Below are positions 39,753 through 48,302 of a stretch of DNA of 64,000 bases, in pieces. The notes beneath the pieces are model-generated. The model was not told the origin of the DNA. It searched no databases and saw only the letters and a program-made list of their open reading frames with translations. Origin of the DNA: Candidatus Micrarchaeia archaeon (GTDB taxonomy: Archaea; Micrarchaeota; Micrarchaeia; CABMEP01). Location: contig JAVZPM010000002.1 of NCBI GenBank assembly GCA_038881595.1, positions 74,652 through 138,651 of the forward strand. The letters run 5' to 3'. The position numbers and the translations under genes are program-made. The stretch's first letter is position 1; every line of letters starts with the position of its first letter.

Positions 39753-41333
39753 ATGCTATTTGAACTGATATTTATTCTTGCAGGAGTTGCAATATTTATC
39801 TATAGTATTGAACAGCTTAGTGATCAGCTCCTGAGAGTTTCAAAAGAAAGACTTAAAGAAATACTTCAAAGATTTACAGATAAACCTATAAAAGCATTAG
39901 GGACAGGTTTAATAGTAACTGCAATTATTCAGTCCAGTACTGCAACTACTTCTATCTTAGTTTCTCTTGTCAATGCAGGTTTAATATCGTTTGAACAAAG
40001 TCTCGGTGTCATAGCCGGTGCACATATAGGAACAACAGTTACAGCACAACTTGTGGCGTTTAGATTTATGGGATTTGCACCTGTTTTTATATTATTAGGG
40101 TTCCTATTAAGTTTGTTCCAGAGATATAACCTTCTAGGGAAGTCAATCTTTCTTTTTGGTCTTGTATTTTTTGCACTTTCTATAATATCAGAAGCAACAG
40201 GTCCATTTAAAGAGAGCCAAGAATTAAAGGACTTGCTTGTTTCTTTAGATAATCCATTATATTCTATTATTGCAGGTATTGTTTTAACCTTATTACTTCA
40301 ATCCAGCTCAATAGTCACTGCGCTTGCAGTTTTGCTTACGATGGAAGGTTTGATTCCTGTATCCATATCAATTCCATTAGTATTGGGAAGTAACATAGGA
40401 ACCACATCTACAGTTTTATTTGTTTCAAAGAATATGGACATATATGCAAAGAGGACTGCTTACGCGCATTTTCTTTTCAGCACTGTAGGTGTCATTCTTA
40501 TTTATCCTTTTCTTAGTGACTTCACTTATTTTGTAAATTCTATAAGTTTTAATGAAGGTTCAGCTGTTGCAAATGCACATACGATATTTAATGTGATGAT
40601 GGCTGTTATATTTCTCTTTTCATTGCCTTTTTTCATAAAATTAATAGAGAAATTAACTCCGACTACAGAAAAGCAGATTTTATTCACACCTAAATATATA
40701 AAGAAAATACCACGTGATACAGATCTCGCAATAGAAAAAATAAAACTCGAGTTAATTAATCATTTACAAATATCTAAAGAGATGTTTACAATTGCAACTG
40801 ATATGATTGCAAATAAGGACATATCAAAATTGCAAACAATAGAGAAGTATGAATCTTTAAGCGACTATCTAGACTCTAAGATAACCAGTGCGCTTGTTGA
40901 GCTTTCTCAAAGAAATCTTACAGAAAGGCAATCTTCTCAGATCGTTATTCTTTCGAAAATATCCAATGAAATTGAAAGATTGGCAGACACTGCTCATGAT
41001 TATGCATATATAACGCAAAAATTGAATGAGAACAATTTAGAGTTTTCAAAAGATTCCATCAGGGACATATTGAAAATAAAGTTCGCTCTTGATGAAATTT
41101 ATGATTTTATTGAATTCAATTTCAATTCAATTAATAATTCTAAATTATCAAAGATAATCAAAATGAGAAAAAATGTAGATAAGCTTATATCTTCTTCGCA
41201 TAGATTAAGAATTAAACTGCTTTCAGATGAAAAGATCGGTACGTACTCCACTGTTTTATTTATTGATGCAATTTCTTCTTTTGAGGAAGCAGTTTCAGTT
41301 TTGGTAAGAATATCAAAGAATCTAAAAATGTAA
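39753..41333 (+). CDS. Na+/Pi cotransporter (NptA-type) with PhoU-like C-terminus
   Basis: QSSTAT/GAHIGTT and QSSS/GSNIGTT repeats, IERLAD. Confidence 0.92.
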   Translation: MLFELIFILAGVAIFIYSIEQLSDQLLRVSKERLKEILQRFTDKPIKALGTGLIVTAIIQSSTATTSILVSLVNAGLISFEQSLGVIAGAHIGTTVTAQLVAFRFMGFAPVFILLGFLLSLFQRYNLLGKSIFLFGLVFFALSIISEATGPFKESQELKDLLVSLDNPLYSIIAGIVLTLLLQSSSIVTALAVLLTMEGLIPVSISIPLVLGSNIGTTSTVLFVSKNMDIYAKRTAYAHFLFSTVGVILIYPFLSDFTYFVNSISFNEGSAVANAHTIFNVMMAVIFLFSLPFFIKLIEKLTPTTEKQILFTPKYIKKIPRDTDLAIEKIKLELINHLQISKEMFTIATDMIANKDISKLQTIEKYESLSDYLDSKITSALVELSQRNLTERQSSQIVILSKISNEIERLADTAHDYAYITQKLNENNLEFSKDSIRDILKIKFALDEIYDFIEFNFNSINNSKLSKIIKMRKNVDKLISSSHRLRIKLLSDEKIGTYSTVLFIDAISSFEEAVSVLVRISKNLKM

Positions 41334-41372
41334 TTATTTTAAGATAAATTTGAATATATTAATTCAACTACT

Positions 41373-41406
41373 TTATGTTTGGTTAATGATTATGTTTGGT
41401 TAATGA
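41373..41406. repeat. 17-bp perfect tandem duplication
   Basis: TTATGTTTGGTTAATGA x2 between convergent genes. Confidence 0.85.
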
Positions 41407-41409
41407 AGA

Positions 41410-42000
41410 TTAGTAATCGACCCCCCATCTTGCAAGAATTCCTTTGTCAAATGGGTGCTTTATTTTTTTAACTTCACTGACTAAATCGGCGATTTCGATT
41501 ATTTTTTCATTAGGCTTAAACCCAGTGAGTATAACTTCTGTATACTTATTTTTTTTCTTTAGAATATCAAGTATTTCATCGTATGTGAAATGCCCAAATG
41601 CAGCTGCAGTATTTATCTCGTCTAAAATAACTAAATCATATTCCCCTGAAGAAAGAAGTTTTTTGCTTAGTTTTAAACCTTTCTTAGATTTTTCAATTAT
41701 GTGTTTATCATAATCAAAATAAATCTTAGTAATTTTCGCTTTTCCATCTCTTACAAGTTTATCATATTCTTTTCCAGCAGAAGGCCCCAATTCAAATATT
41801 TTTATTTTGTGTTTTTTAAGATAGTTAAATTCTCCGCTTATTCCTCCATCTTTAAGAAATTGAACTACCGCAACTTTTAATCCATGCCCAGCTGCTCTGA
41901 TCGCGGTTCCAATTGCCGCGCTTGTCTTTCCTCTTCCATCACCATAAAATACCTGGATTAATCCAATTTCTAATTTTTTCTTTTTATTATTCTTTTCCAT
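41410..42000 (-). CDS. cobO: Cob(I)alamin adenosyltransferase (CobA/CobO/BtuR type)
   Basis: QVFYGDGRGKTSAAIG, VQFLK, LVILDEIN, KHPFDKGILARWGVDY. Confidence 0.92.
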   Translation of the reverse strand: MEKNNKKKKLEIGLIQVFYGDGRGKTSAAIGTAIRAAGHGLKVAVVQFLKDGGISGEFNYLKKHKIKIFELGPSAGKEYDKLVRDGKAKITKIYFDYDKHIIEKSKKGLKLSKKLLSSGEYDLVILDEINTAAAFGHFTYDEILDILKKKNKYTEVILTGFKPNEKIIEIADLVSEVKKIKHPFDKGILARWGVDY

Positions 42001-42067
42001 GTTTTAATTATGATGTGTTCATTTTAAATCCTTTATGGATTTGTTATTGCAATGTTAAAGGTTTAAA

Positions 42068-42086
42068 AACTTAACAGTGTAAAGTT
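42068..42086 (+). promoter_or_regulatory. Putative operator of the regulator-iscS-iscU operon
   Basis: AACTTaACA-G-TGTaAAGTT palindrome between TATA-like TTTAAAAA and ATG 42091. Confidence 0.5.
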
Positions 42087-42090
42087 ATTT

Positions 42091-42459
42091 ATGATACCTT
42101 GCGAATTCATGGTTACTGAACTTCTTCCTACAATAAGAAAGGAAACTGTGAAGTTTCTTATTTCAAAAAATTACTCTCAAAGAGAGGTTTCAAAAATGAT
42201 AGGTATTTCAGAAGCGGCAGTTTCATTATACTTGAAAAAGAAAAGAGGATTGCATAAGAAGGAATTAGAAAAAATTATTACAGATTACATTCAAAAAAAC
42301 TATGATTTCAATAGAACATTCACTGAGAATGTTTGTAATCTTTGCAATGATTTTAGAAAATCCGGTTATTTCTGTAAAAGCCATAGAATAATATCAAAAA
42401 TACCTAAAGAAGAGTGCAAAGGTTGTTTCATAAATCATAAAGATGGTGAGATTAAATGA
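42091..42459 (+). CDS. HTH transcriptional regulator with Cys-rich C-terminus (COG2522-like)
   Basis: PCE..V..LLP.IR, SQREVSKMIGISEAAVSLYL HTH, CNLC, CKSH, CKGC; ATGA overlap with iscS. Confidence 0.82.
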   Translation: MIPCEFMVTELLPTIRKETVKFLISKNYSQREVSKMIGISEAAVSLYLKKKRGLHKKELEKIITDYIQKNYDFNRTFTENVCNLCNDFRKSGYFCKSHRIISKIPKEECKGCFINHKDGEIK

Positions 42460-43628
42460 AAAGAATATATCTTGATTATGCAGCCACTACTCCTGTAAGA
42501 GATGAAGTTATTAAGGAAATGTTGCCTTATTTTAACAAGAATTTTGGAAATGCTTCTTCTCTTCATATGGATGGAAGAATTGCTGCAAATGCATTAAAAA
42601 AAGCAAGAGAAAAAATTGCAAATATAATAAATGTCTTACCGGAAGAGATAGTATTTACTTCAGGAGGGACGGAATCTGATAATCTTGCAATAAAAGGAAT
42701 TGCTTATGCAAATAAAGACAAAGGAAATCATATAATAACTTCTTCAATTGAACATCATGCTGTACTAAATACGGTAAAGGAGTTAGAAAAAGAAGGCTTT
42801 AAAGTTACTTTTCTTCCCGTTAATAAATTCGGAGAAGTGAGTCCTAAAGATGTTGAGAATGCAATAACGGATAAGACAATATTAATTTCTATTATGCATG
42901 CAAATAATGAGATAGGTACAATCCAGCCTATAGATAAGATAGGTAAGGTAGCAAAGAAGTATAATATTCCTTTTCATGTAGATGCAGTTCAGAGTTTTTG
43001 CCACATTCCAGTTGATGTAAAGAAAATGAATATCTCTCTTTTATCAGTCTCATCACACAAAATTGGGGGGCCAAAAGGAGTAGGAGCACTTTATGTCAGA
43101 AAAGATTTAAAATTGAAACCTCTGCTTACTGGCGGGCCGCATGAATTCAATAAAAGAGCAGGAACAGAAAATATTCCAGGAATTGTTGGCTTTGCAAAAG
43201 CAGCTGAAATATCATCAAATGAAATGGAGAAGGAAAGCAAAAGGTTGTCAAGGCTTAGAGACAAACTAATCAAATCAATTCTTTCAGAAGTTCCAGGATC
43301 AAGATTAAATGGACATCCTAAGAATAGGCTTCCAAACAATGTAAATTTTGGTTTTATTGGCGTAGAAGGAGAGGCATTACTTCTAATGCTTGATTCTTTA
43401 GGAATTTCAGCTTCAACAGGATCTGCATGTTCATCACATGATCTTTCACCTTCTCATGTATTACTTGCATTAGATCCCGATCCAGTTAAGGCGCATGGTT
43501 CTCTTAGATTAACATTAGGATATAAAACAAAAGAAGAAGAAATAGATAAAGTAATAAAGGTCATTCCTAAGATTGTTAATCAGATAAGAAAGATTACACC
43601 AAGAATAGAGGGGGTAACTACTTACTGA
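42456..43628 (+). CDS. iscS: Cysteine desulfurase
   Basis: LDYAATTP, DAVQ, SSHKIGGPKG (PLP Lys), STGSACSS (catalytic Cys). Confidence 0.96.
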   Translation: MKRIYLDYAATTPVRDEVIKEMLPYFNKNFGNASSLHMDGRIAANALKKAREKIANIINVLPEEIVFTSGGTESDNLAIKGIAYANKDKGNHIITSSIEHHAVLNTVKELEKEGFKVTFLPVNKFGEVSPKDVENAITDKTILISIMHANNEIGTIQPIDKIGKVAKKYNIPFHVDAVQSFCHIPVDVKKMNISLLSVSSHKIGGPKGVGALYVRKDLKLKPLLTGGPHEFNKRAGTENIPGIVGFAKAAEISSNEMEKESKRLSRLRDKLIKSILSEVPGSRLNGHPKNRLPNNVNFGFIGVEGEALLLMLDSLGISASTGSACSSHDLSPSHVLLALDPDPVKAHGSLRLTLGYKTKEEEIDKVIKVIPKIVNQIRKITPRIEGVTTY

Positions 43629-43652
43629 TATAAAATCTAAAATGGTGATTAT

Positions 43653-44105
43653 ATGGTAAAAAATGAGCGTACAAAAAAGAACAAAAGCGCAGAGAAGACC
43701 AAAAGTCAGGAAATTACAAATTCATCTCTTTATACTCAAAAAGTAATGGAACATTTCATGAATCCGCATAATATGGGTGAGATAAAGGACGCAGATGCAA
43801 TTGGAGAGGCAGGCAATGCAGTCTGCGGAGATGTTATGTATCTTTATCTGAAGATCAAGGATAATAGGATAAAAGACATAAAATTTAAGACACTGGGATG
43901 CGCTGCAGCTATAGCAACCAGTAGTATGGTGACGGATTTGGCGAAGGGAAAAACATTGGAGGAAGCGATTAAGATAACAAACAAAGAAGTTGCAGAAGAA
44001 CTTGGTGGTCTTCCAGCTGTTAAAATGCATTGCTCTGTACTTGCACAGCAAGCATTAAAGAATGCAATTGAAAACTATTGGAAGAAACAGAAAAAGAAAG
44101 AATAG
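43653..44105 (+). CDS. iscU: Fe-S scaffold protein IscU/NifU-N
   Basis: HFMNPHN, VCGD, GCAAAIA, LPAVKMHC. Confidence 0.96.
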   Translation: MVKNERTKKNKSAEKTKSQEITNSSLYTQKVMEHFMNPHNMGEIKDADAIGEAGNAVCGDVMYLYLKIKDNRIKDIKFKTLGCAAAIATSSMVTDLAKGKTLEEAIKITNKEVAEELGGLPAVKMHCSVLAQQALKNAIENYWKKQKKKE

Positions 44106-44163
44106 AGATTTTTGTAATCTATAAAAACAAATATTTATATATTAAGATGTAGTGTTATTTTTT

Positions 44164-44640
44164 ATGCAAAATCAAAATTTCAAGCAAACAAATCAAAATA
44201 GTTTAAATTTAGGAGTTCGTTGCTATTCAAAATTTACAAAATTATTAGAAGAAGGATATATTAGTTCAGTGGAGTATATTAAAAATAATCCAGCGAGAGT
44301 TTTAAAATTAGGTTCTACCACTATTCTTTTTTCATTTATGCTAGGATATGTTTTAGGAACTAAGAATGTTAGTGAAAATATGGTTAGATCTGTCAATTCC
44401 ACTCTCTCATCTATTGATAGACAGAATCTTAAGATTATTTCAAAATTAGAAGAGATATCTGTAATGCAGAATAATTTGAATGAAAGAGTAAAGTCTTTGG
44501 AACAGCAATCTAAAGCTAGATTAGATACTATAGAAAACAAAATTCAGTTCCAAAAAGCATCGGAAGAAGGTCAAAAAAAGGTAGAAGAAATCAAAAAGAA
44601 AAATAAGTGGAAGAAATTGCTTCCATGGAATTGGTTCTAA
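44164..44640 (+). CDS. Hypothetical membrane-anchored coiled-coil protein
   Basis: Hydrophobic ILFSFMLGYVLG followed by heptad-rich region; ends KKLLPWNWF. Confidence 0.6.
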   Translation: MQNQNFKQTNQNSLNLGVRCYSKFTKLLEEGYISSVEYIKNNPARVLKLGSTTILFSFMLGYVLGTKNVSENMVRSVNSTLSSIDRQNLKIISKLEEISVMQNNLNERVKSLEQQSKARLDTIENKIQFQKASEEGQKKVEEIKKKNKWKKLLPWNWF

Positions 44641-44708
44641 AAATATTGTATTAGTAAGGGAGTTGTTTTTAATTCTTTTTTTACATATTATTTTCATTAT
44701 TATTTGAT

Positions 44709-44815
44709 GCCCCTGTAGCTCAGCTTGGATAGAGCGACTGTCAGACTTAACTTGTTGTTTTGTCTGGTCGAACCTCCTAAGCAGTAGGTCGAGGGTTCAA
44801 ATCCCTCCGGGGGCG
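44709..44815 (+). tRNA. tRNA-Arg(CCT) with 32-nt non-canonical intron at 30/31 (44741-44772)
   Basis: Splicing gives ACTGC-CTCCTAA-GCAGT; BHB helix CGAC/GTCG, intron stem CAGAC/GTCTG. Confidence 0.92.
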
Positions 44816-44879
44816 CTAAAAACCCCTTTTATTTAAATTCTACAGAATAAGATAATTATTTAAATATTTCCGAATATAT

Positions 44880-45083
44880 ATGTATGAGGCAGATAAAATG
44901 GAAAAGGTAAAGATAGGTATCCAGGTTCGTAAATCAAAGCAGACTCTTTTGCAAAGAAGCATAGGGACATTAGAGCGAGGCATAAGGACCTTTAAATCGA
45001 TAGCAGTTGAAGGCATCTTTAAGAAAAAGAAATTTACAAAAGAAGAATTAGAGCAAGCTGAACAAGCTTGGATCAGGGGCTGA
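44880..45083 (+). CDS. Small hypothetical protein
   Basis: Short basic ORF after tRNA-Arg; no family recognised. Confidence 0.35.
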   Translation: MYEADKMEKVKIGIQVRKSKQTLLQRSIGTLERGIRTFKSIAVEGIFKKKKFTKEELEQAEQAWIRG

Positions 45084-45214
45084 ACACTAATTTTCATTAT
45101 ACATTAATTCCATTATATATTTATATTCATTTAAAGTTATTTCACTTGCTTTTTCCTTTCATGATTTTCTAGAATAAAATCAACATTTTTAAAATTATTG
45201 ATTAAACTATTCTT

Positions 45215-45907
45215 ATGAATAAAAAAGAAAAAAGATCCAAACACGATTTGCTTCAGATATTTCCAGGCATATTCAAAATAGACGACAAGTTAGCTACTCT
45301 TAATGCCTACCCTGGAAATACAGTTTATGGTGAGCGATTAATAGATGTAGAAGATAAAGAATATAGATTATGGGATCCATTCAGATCAAAGCTTGCAGGA
45401 GCAATAAAAAAAGGTCTTAAATCGAGCGGGATAAAGAAAGGAGATTCCGTGCTTTATCTTGGAGCTGCAAGCGGAACAACTTGTTCTCATATTTCAGATA
45501 TCATAGGAAAGAATGGCATTATTTACTGTGTTGAGTTTTCAGAGAGGCCTTTGAGAGATCTTATCTCAGTCTGCGAAATAAGAGACAACATGATTCCGAT
45601 ATTGGGTGATGCACGAAAACCTCAAGAATATAAGAAGTATATTGAAAGTAAGGTAGATTTCATATATCAAGATGTTGCACAGCCAGATCAGATAAGAATA
45701 TTCAAGCTTAACTCTGACATGTTTTTGAAGGAAGGTGGAGAAGGATTCATATGCATAAAGTCTCAATCAATTGATGTCACAAAGGCATCAAAAGAAGTAT
45801 ATAAGGAATCATTAAAAGAACTTAAAGATTATGGTTTTACGATTTTACAGGTGATTGAGCTTTCCCCTTATGATTTAAATCATCTTTTTGTTCATGTTAA
45901 AAAATAA
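45215..45907 (+). CDS. flpA: Fibrillarin rRNA/tRNA 2'-O-methyltransferase
   Basis: WDPFRSKLA, VLYLGAASGTT, YQDVAQPDQ. Confidence 0.96.
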   Translation: MNKKEKRSKHDLLQIFPGIFKIDDKLATLNAYPGNTVYGERLIDVEDKEYRLWDPFRSKLAGAIKKGLKSSGIKKGDSVLYLGAASGTTCSHISDIIGKNGIIYCVEFSERPLRDLISVCEIRDNMIPILGDARKPQEYKKYIESKVDFIYQDVAQPDQIRIFKLNSDMFLKEGGEGFICIKSQSIDVTKASKEVYKESLKELKDYGFTILQVIELSPYDLNHLFVHVKK

Positions 45908-45951
45908 TAAAATAGACAAGAATAATAAAAAAATAAAGTCTTCTATTTTTA

Positions 45952-46899
45952 TTATTCTTTACATTGTTCCAGTTTTGGATATAAGTAACAATAGGCATTG
46001 TTTATGTATGCTGGATAAATTATATACATGCAATCTACAACAATCATTGGGGTTGTTGGTTTGCCAATAAATGTTTCTGCAAATCTTTCATCAGTTCTTA
46101 ATTCTCCTTTCGGATAGTCATCATTTACACATTTCTTTATCAAATCTATATTTCCTCCGTTTTGTTGAATACACGTTAAAAGTTCTTCTTCAGAAAGGAA
46201 TTCTTTCTTTTCATTGTATCTGTTTATTACGCAGGTTTTGAATTCATTGAAATAGTCTTTATCTTTTGTGCATTCATAATATAAAAGCGCAATATATGCA
46301 GAGGAATTTACATTTTCTGTTATGTCTTTATAGGTGTATGTTGAAAGAATCCTGTAGTTTAGTCGTATGTCTTCATTGAATGTTTGAATGAATTTTTTGA
46401 TTTCGCTATCGTATTTTATTGACCACGGATCATATGGATCAATATAAACATCAACCGTCTTTTTATCTCCAACGCTGCATCCAATTTCTTTTCCAGTTTT
46501 TCTAATGGTGGAAGGTTCTGATGGTATTACTAGATTTTGGCTTACTTTGTTAATCGTAAAATCATTTGCATTCATCCATAAATCAATATTTACTATTCCA
46601 TCTGTTGAGTATCCGTTAATATTTATTTTCCATATTCCATTTTCAAGAGTTTTATTGTTTATAGTGATATTTACTATGCCATAGTATAGATTAAGGAAAC
46701 GTATAGCTCTGTTGTCGATAATAGCCGATGGCCCTTCGTCTCCAAATGGAATTTTGATTCCAAGAACAAATAAAGCAAAAATAAATGCGAATATTACAAA
46801 AAATAGTAAGTATGGAAAGCTTATTTTTTCTTTTACTTTTTCTTTTACCGAGTGTAGTACCTGTCTTATCTTTGATTTGTTCTGTCTTCTTGATTTCAT
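45952..46899 (-). CDS. Membrane-anchored thioredoxin/DsbA-fold-like protein lacking CxxC
   Basis: N-terminal TM, VDVYIDPYDPWS at the active-site position, TTPMIVVD cis-Pro-like loop. Confidence 0.55.
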   Translation of the reverse strand: MKSRRQNKSKIRQVLHSVKEKVKEKISFPYLLFFVIFAFIFALFVLGIKIPFGDEGPSAIIDNRAIRFLNLYYGIVNITINNKTLENGIWKININGYSTDGIVNIDLWMNANDFTINKVSQNLVIPSEPSTIRKTGKEIGCSVGDKKTVDVYIDPYDPWSIKYDSEIKKFIQTFNEDIRLNYRILSTYTYKDITENVNSSAYIALLYYECTKDKDYFNEFKTCVINRYNEKKEFLSEEELLTCIQQNGGNIDLIKKCVNDDYPKGELRTDERFAETFIGKPTTPMIVVDCMYIIYPAYINNAYCYLYPKLEQCKE

Positions 46900-46921
46900 T
46901 TAACCACCTTTCTGTATATCT

Positions 46922-47467
46922 TTATCTGCATTGCGATAGAAATAAGTTTAATTCAGATTCTGAATTAAAACTTCCAATATGTATCTGAGAATTTTTCAAG
47001 CATATATATGTAGGAGTGCCTTCCAATTCAAATGAGTTCATGCAATTCATGAATTTGATCAGCTGTTCAGTATTTTCTGTACTTATCATTCTTATATTAT
47101 ATTCAGTTTTCATTTTAGCTATCCAAGGGGTGTTCTTCTGTGAATAAACACAATCCTCTCCGTATATATAAATAACTGACTCATTAATTCCATATCCAGT
47201 TAGACATTCTGTAGTTGTTTTTCCAGCACTTTGCTTTATAATTATTGAAACGTTAGTTTTATTCACATTATTAATCTGGCCTTCTTGATTCTCTCTGAAT
47301 AATATAATCAAAGATATAAATGCAATAAACACTAATATAATTAGAACTGCAATTATACTTCTATTCTTGTTATTTATATTACTTGTATTTCTGTTTATTT
47401 CCTCATCCCTTTTCTTGCTTTCTAGCTCTTTAGCTGTTTTTTTCTTTTTATTCTTTTTCTTTGCCAT
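46922..47467 (-). CDS. Membrane-anchored thioredoxin-like protein (CxxS)
   Basis: TM helix, YIYGEDCVYSQ, EGTPTYIC. Confidence 0.6.
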   Translation of the reverse strand: MAKKKNKKKKTAKELESKKRDEEINRNTSNINNKNRSIIAVLIILVFIAFISLIILFRENQEGQINNVNKTNVSIIIKQSAGKTTTECLTGYGINESVIYIYGEDCVYSQKNTPWIAKMKTEYNIRMISTENTEQLIKFMNCMNSFELEGTPTYICLKNSQIHIGSFNSESELNLFLSQCR

Positions 47468-47605
47468 AATCTAAATTGAATATAAAGGATTAAAAATTTA
47501 AAGTAGATAATATAATAAAACATATATGGATAACTATCGTGGTTAGAGCAATAATTTAATATTTTTACTTACAGATATATATTTATGTAATGGGTTGAGC
47601 GTCAT

Positions 47606-47717
47606 CCCACCGTAGCTCAATCTGGCAGAGCATCTCGCTGTAGTCCAGCCTGTCAGATCCTCTGACAGTCGTTTTGTAGAAACGAGAGGGTTGCTGGTTC
47701 AAATCCGGCCGGTGGGA
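47606..47717 (+). tRNA. tRNA-Tyr(GTA) with 38-nt intron at 37/38 (47644-47681)
   Basis: C1:G72 acceptor CCCACCG/CGGTGGG, A73, anticodon arm TCTCG-CTGTAGA-CGAGA. Confidence 0.94.
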
Positions 47718-47731
47718 CTTGAAAAAAATGC

Positions 47732-47841
47732 GCTTGGGTGGTGTAGAACCTTGTTGCGCAGGTTCTGCGCACATGGTGCACAGTGGTCTAGCATTGCGGC
47801 CTGTCACGCCGCCGACCCGGGTTCGAATCCCGGCCCAGGCG
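47732..47841 (+). tRNA. tRNA-Asp(GTC) with 37-nt D-loop intron at 15/16 (47747-47783)
   Basis: Acceptor GCTTGGG/CCCAGGC, anticodon arm GCGGC-CTGTCAC-GCCGC; BHB helix GTGT/GCAC with bulges AG|A and AG|T. Confidence 0.92.
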
Positions 47842-47926
47842 CTTTTATATTCATTTTTATATTCTTATTTTTATAAATAAGAATAATTAAATTTAAGAAT
47901 AACTAAATTAAGTCATTTTCATTAAC

Positions 47927-48262
47927 TTATTTTGGGCATTCTCCTTCTGTCCAATATTCAACTTTAGGATCTTGGCATGCGAAACATTTATTAGAATACG
48001 TTGCTGCACAAGGATATCTCACACATTTTATTGATTCATTAAACCATCCACATACTGGCTCATATAAAGCAATGCAAACCTCTGCTTTTCTTGACTCTGG
48101 CGTACAATAATTCTGTTTTTTATAATCAAAATGATCAGAATTTTCTTTAATCACTTTATCTGCAATGTAAATTAAAGCAGCTATTGCAATTATAGCTATC
48201 ACAAAGTAGAAAACAATTTTCATTTTTTTATACATTTTAATTTTCACTTCCTTTCCCTTCAT
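47927..48262 (-). CDS. Small membrane-anchored Kazal-like protein
   Basis: N-terminal TM, CIALYEPVCG...TYSNKCFAC...GEC. Confidence 0.75.
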   Translation of the reverse strand: MKGKEVKIKMYKKMKIVFYFVIAIIAIAALIYIADKVIKENSDHFDYKKQNYCTPESRKAEVCIALYEPVCGWFNESIKCVRYPCAATYSNKCFACQDPKVEYWTEGECPK

Positions 48263-48302
48263 AAGATCACTCTCAGATATTTTACAAATAACTCCATAAA
48301 TA

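Noticed and set aside
44816..45214. Integrated element or att site after tRNA-Arg (other tRNAs also checked)
   Set aside because: No integrase and no duplicated tRNA 3' end seen in the window
47583..47876. ORFs 47583-47807 (-) and 47691-47876 (+)
   Set aside because: Overlap the tRNA-Tyr and tRNA-Asp genes
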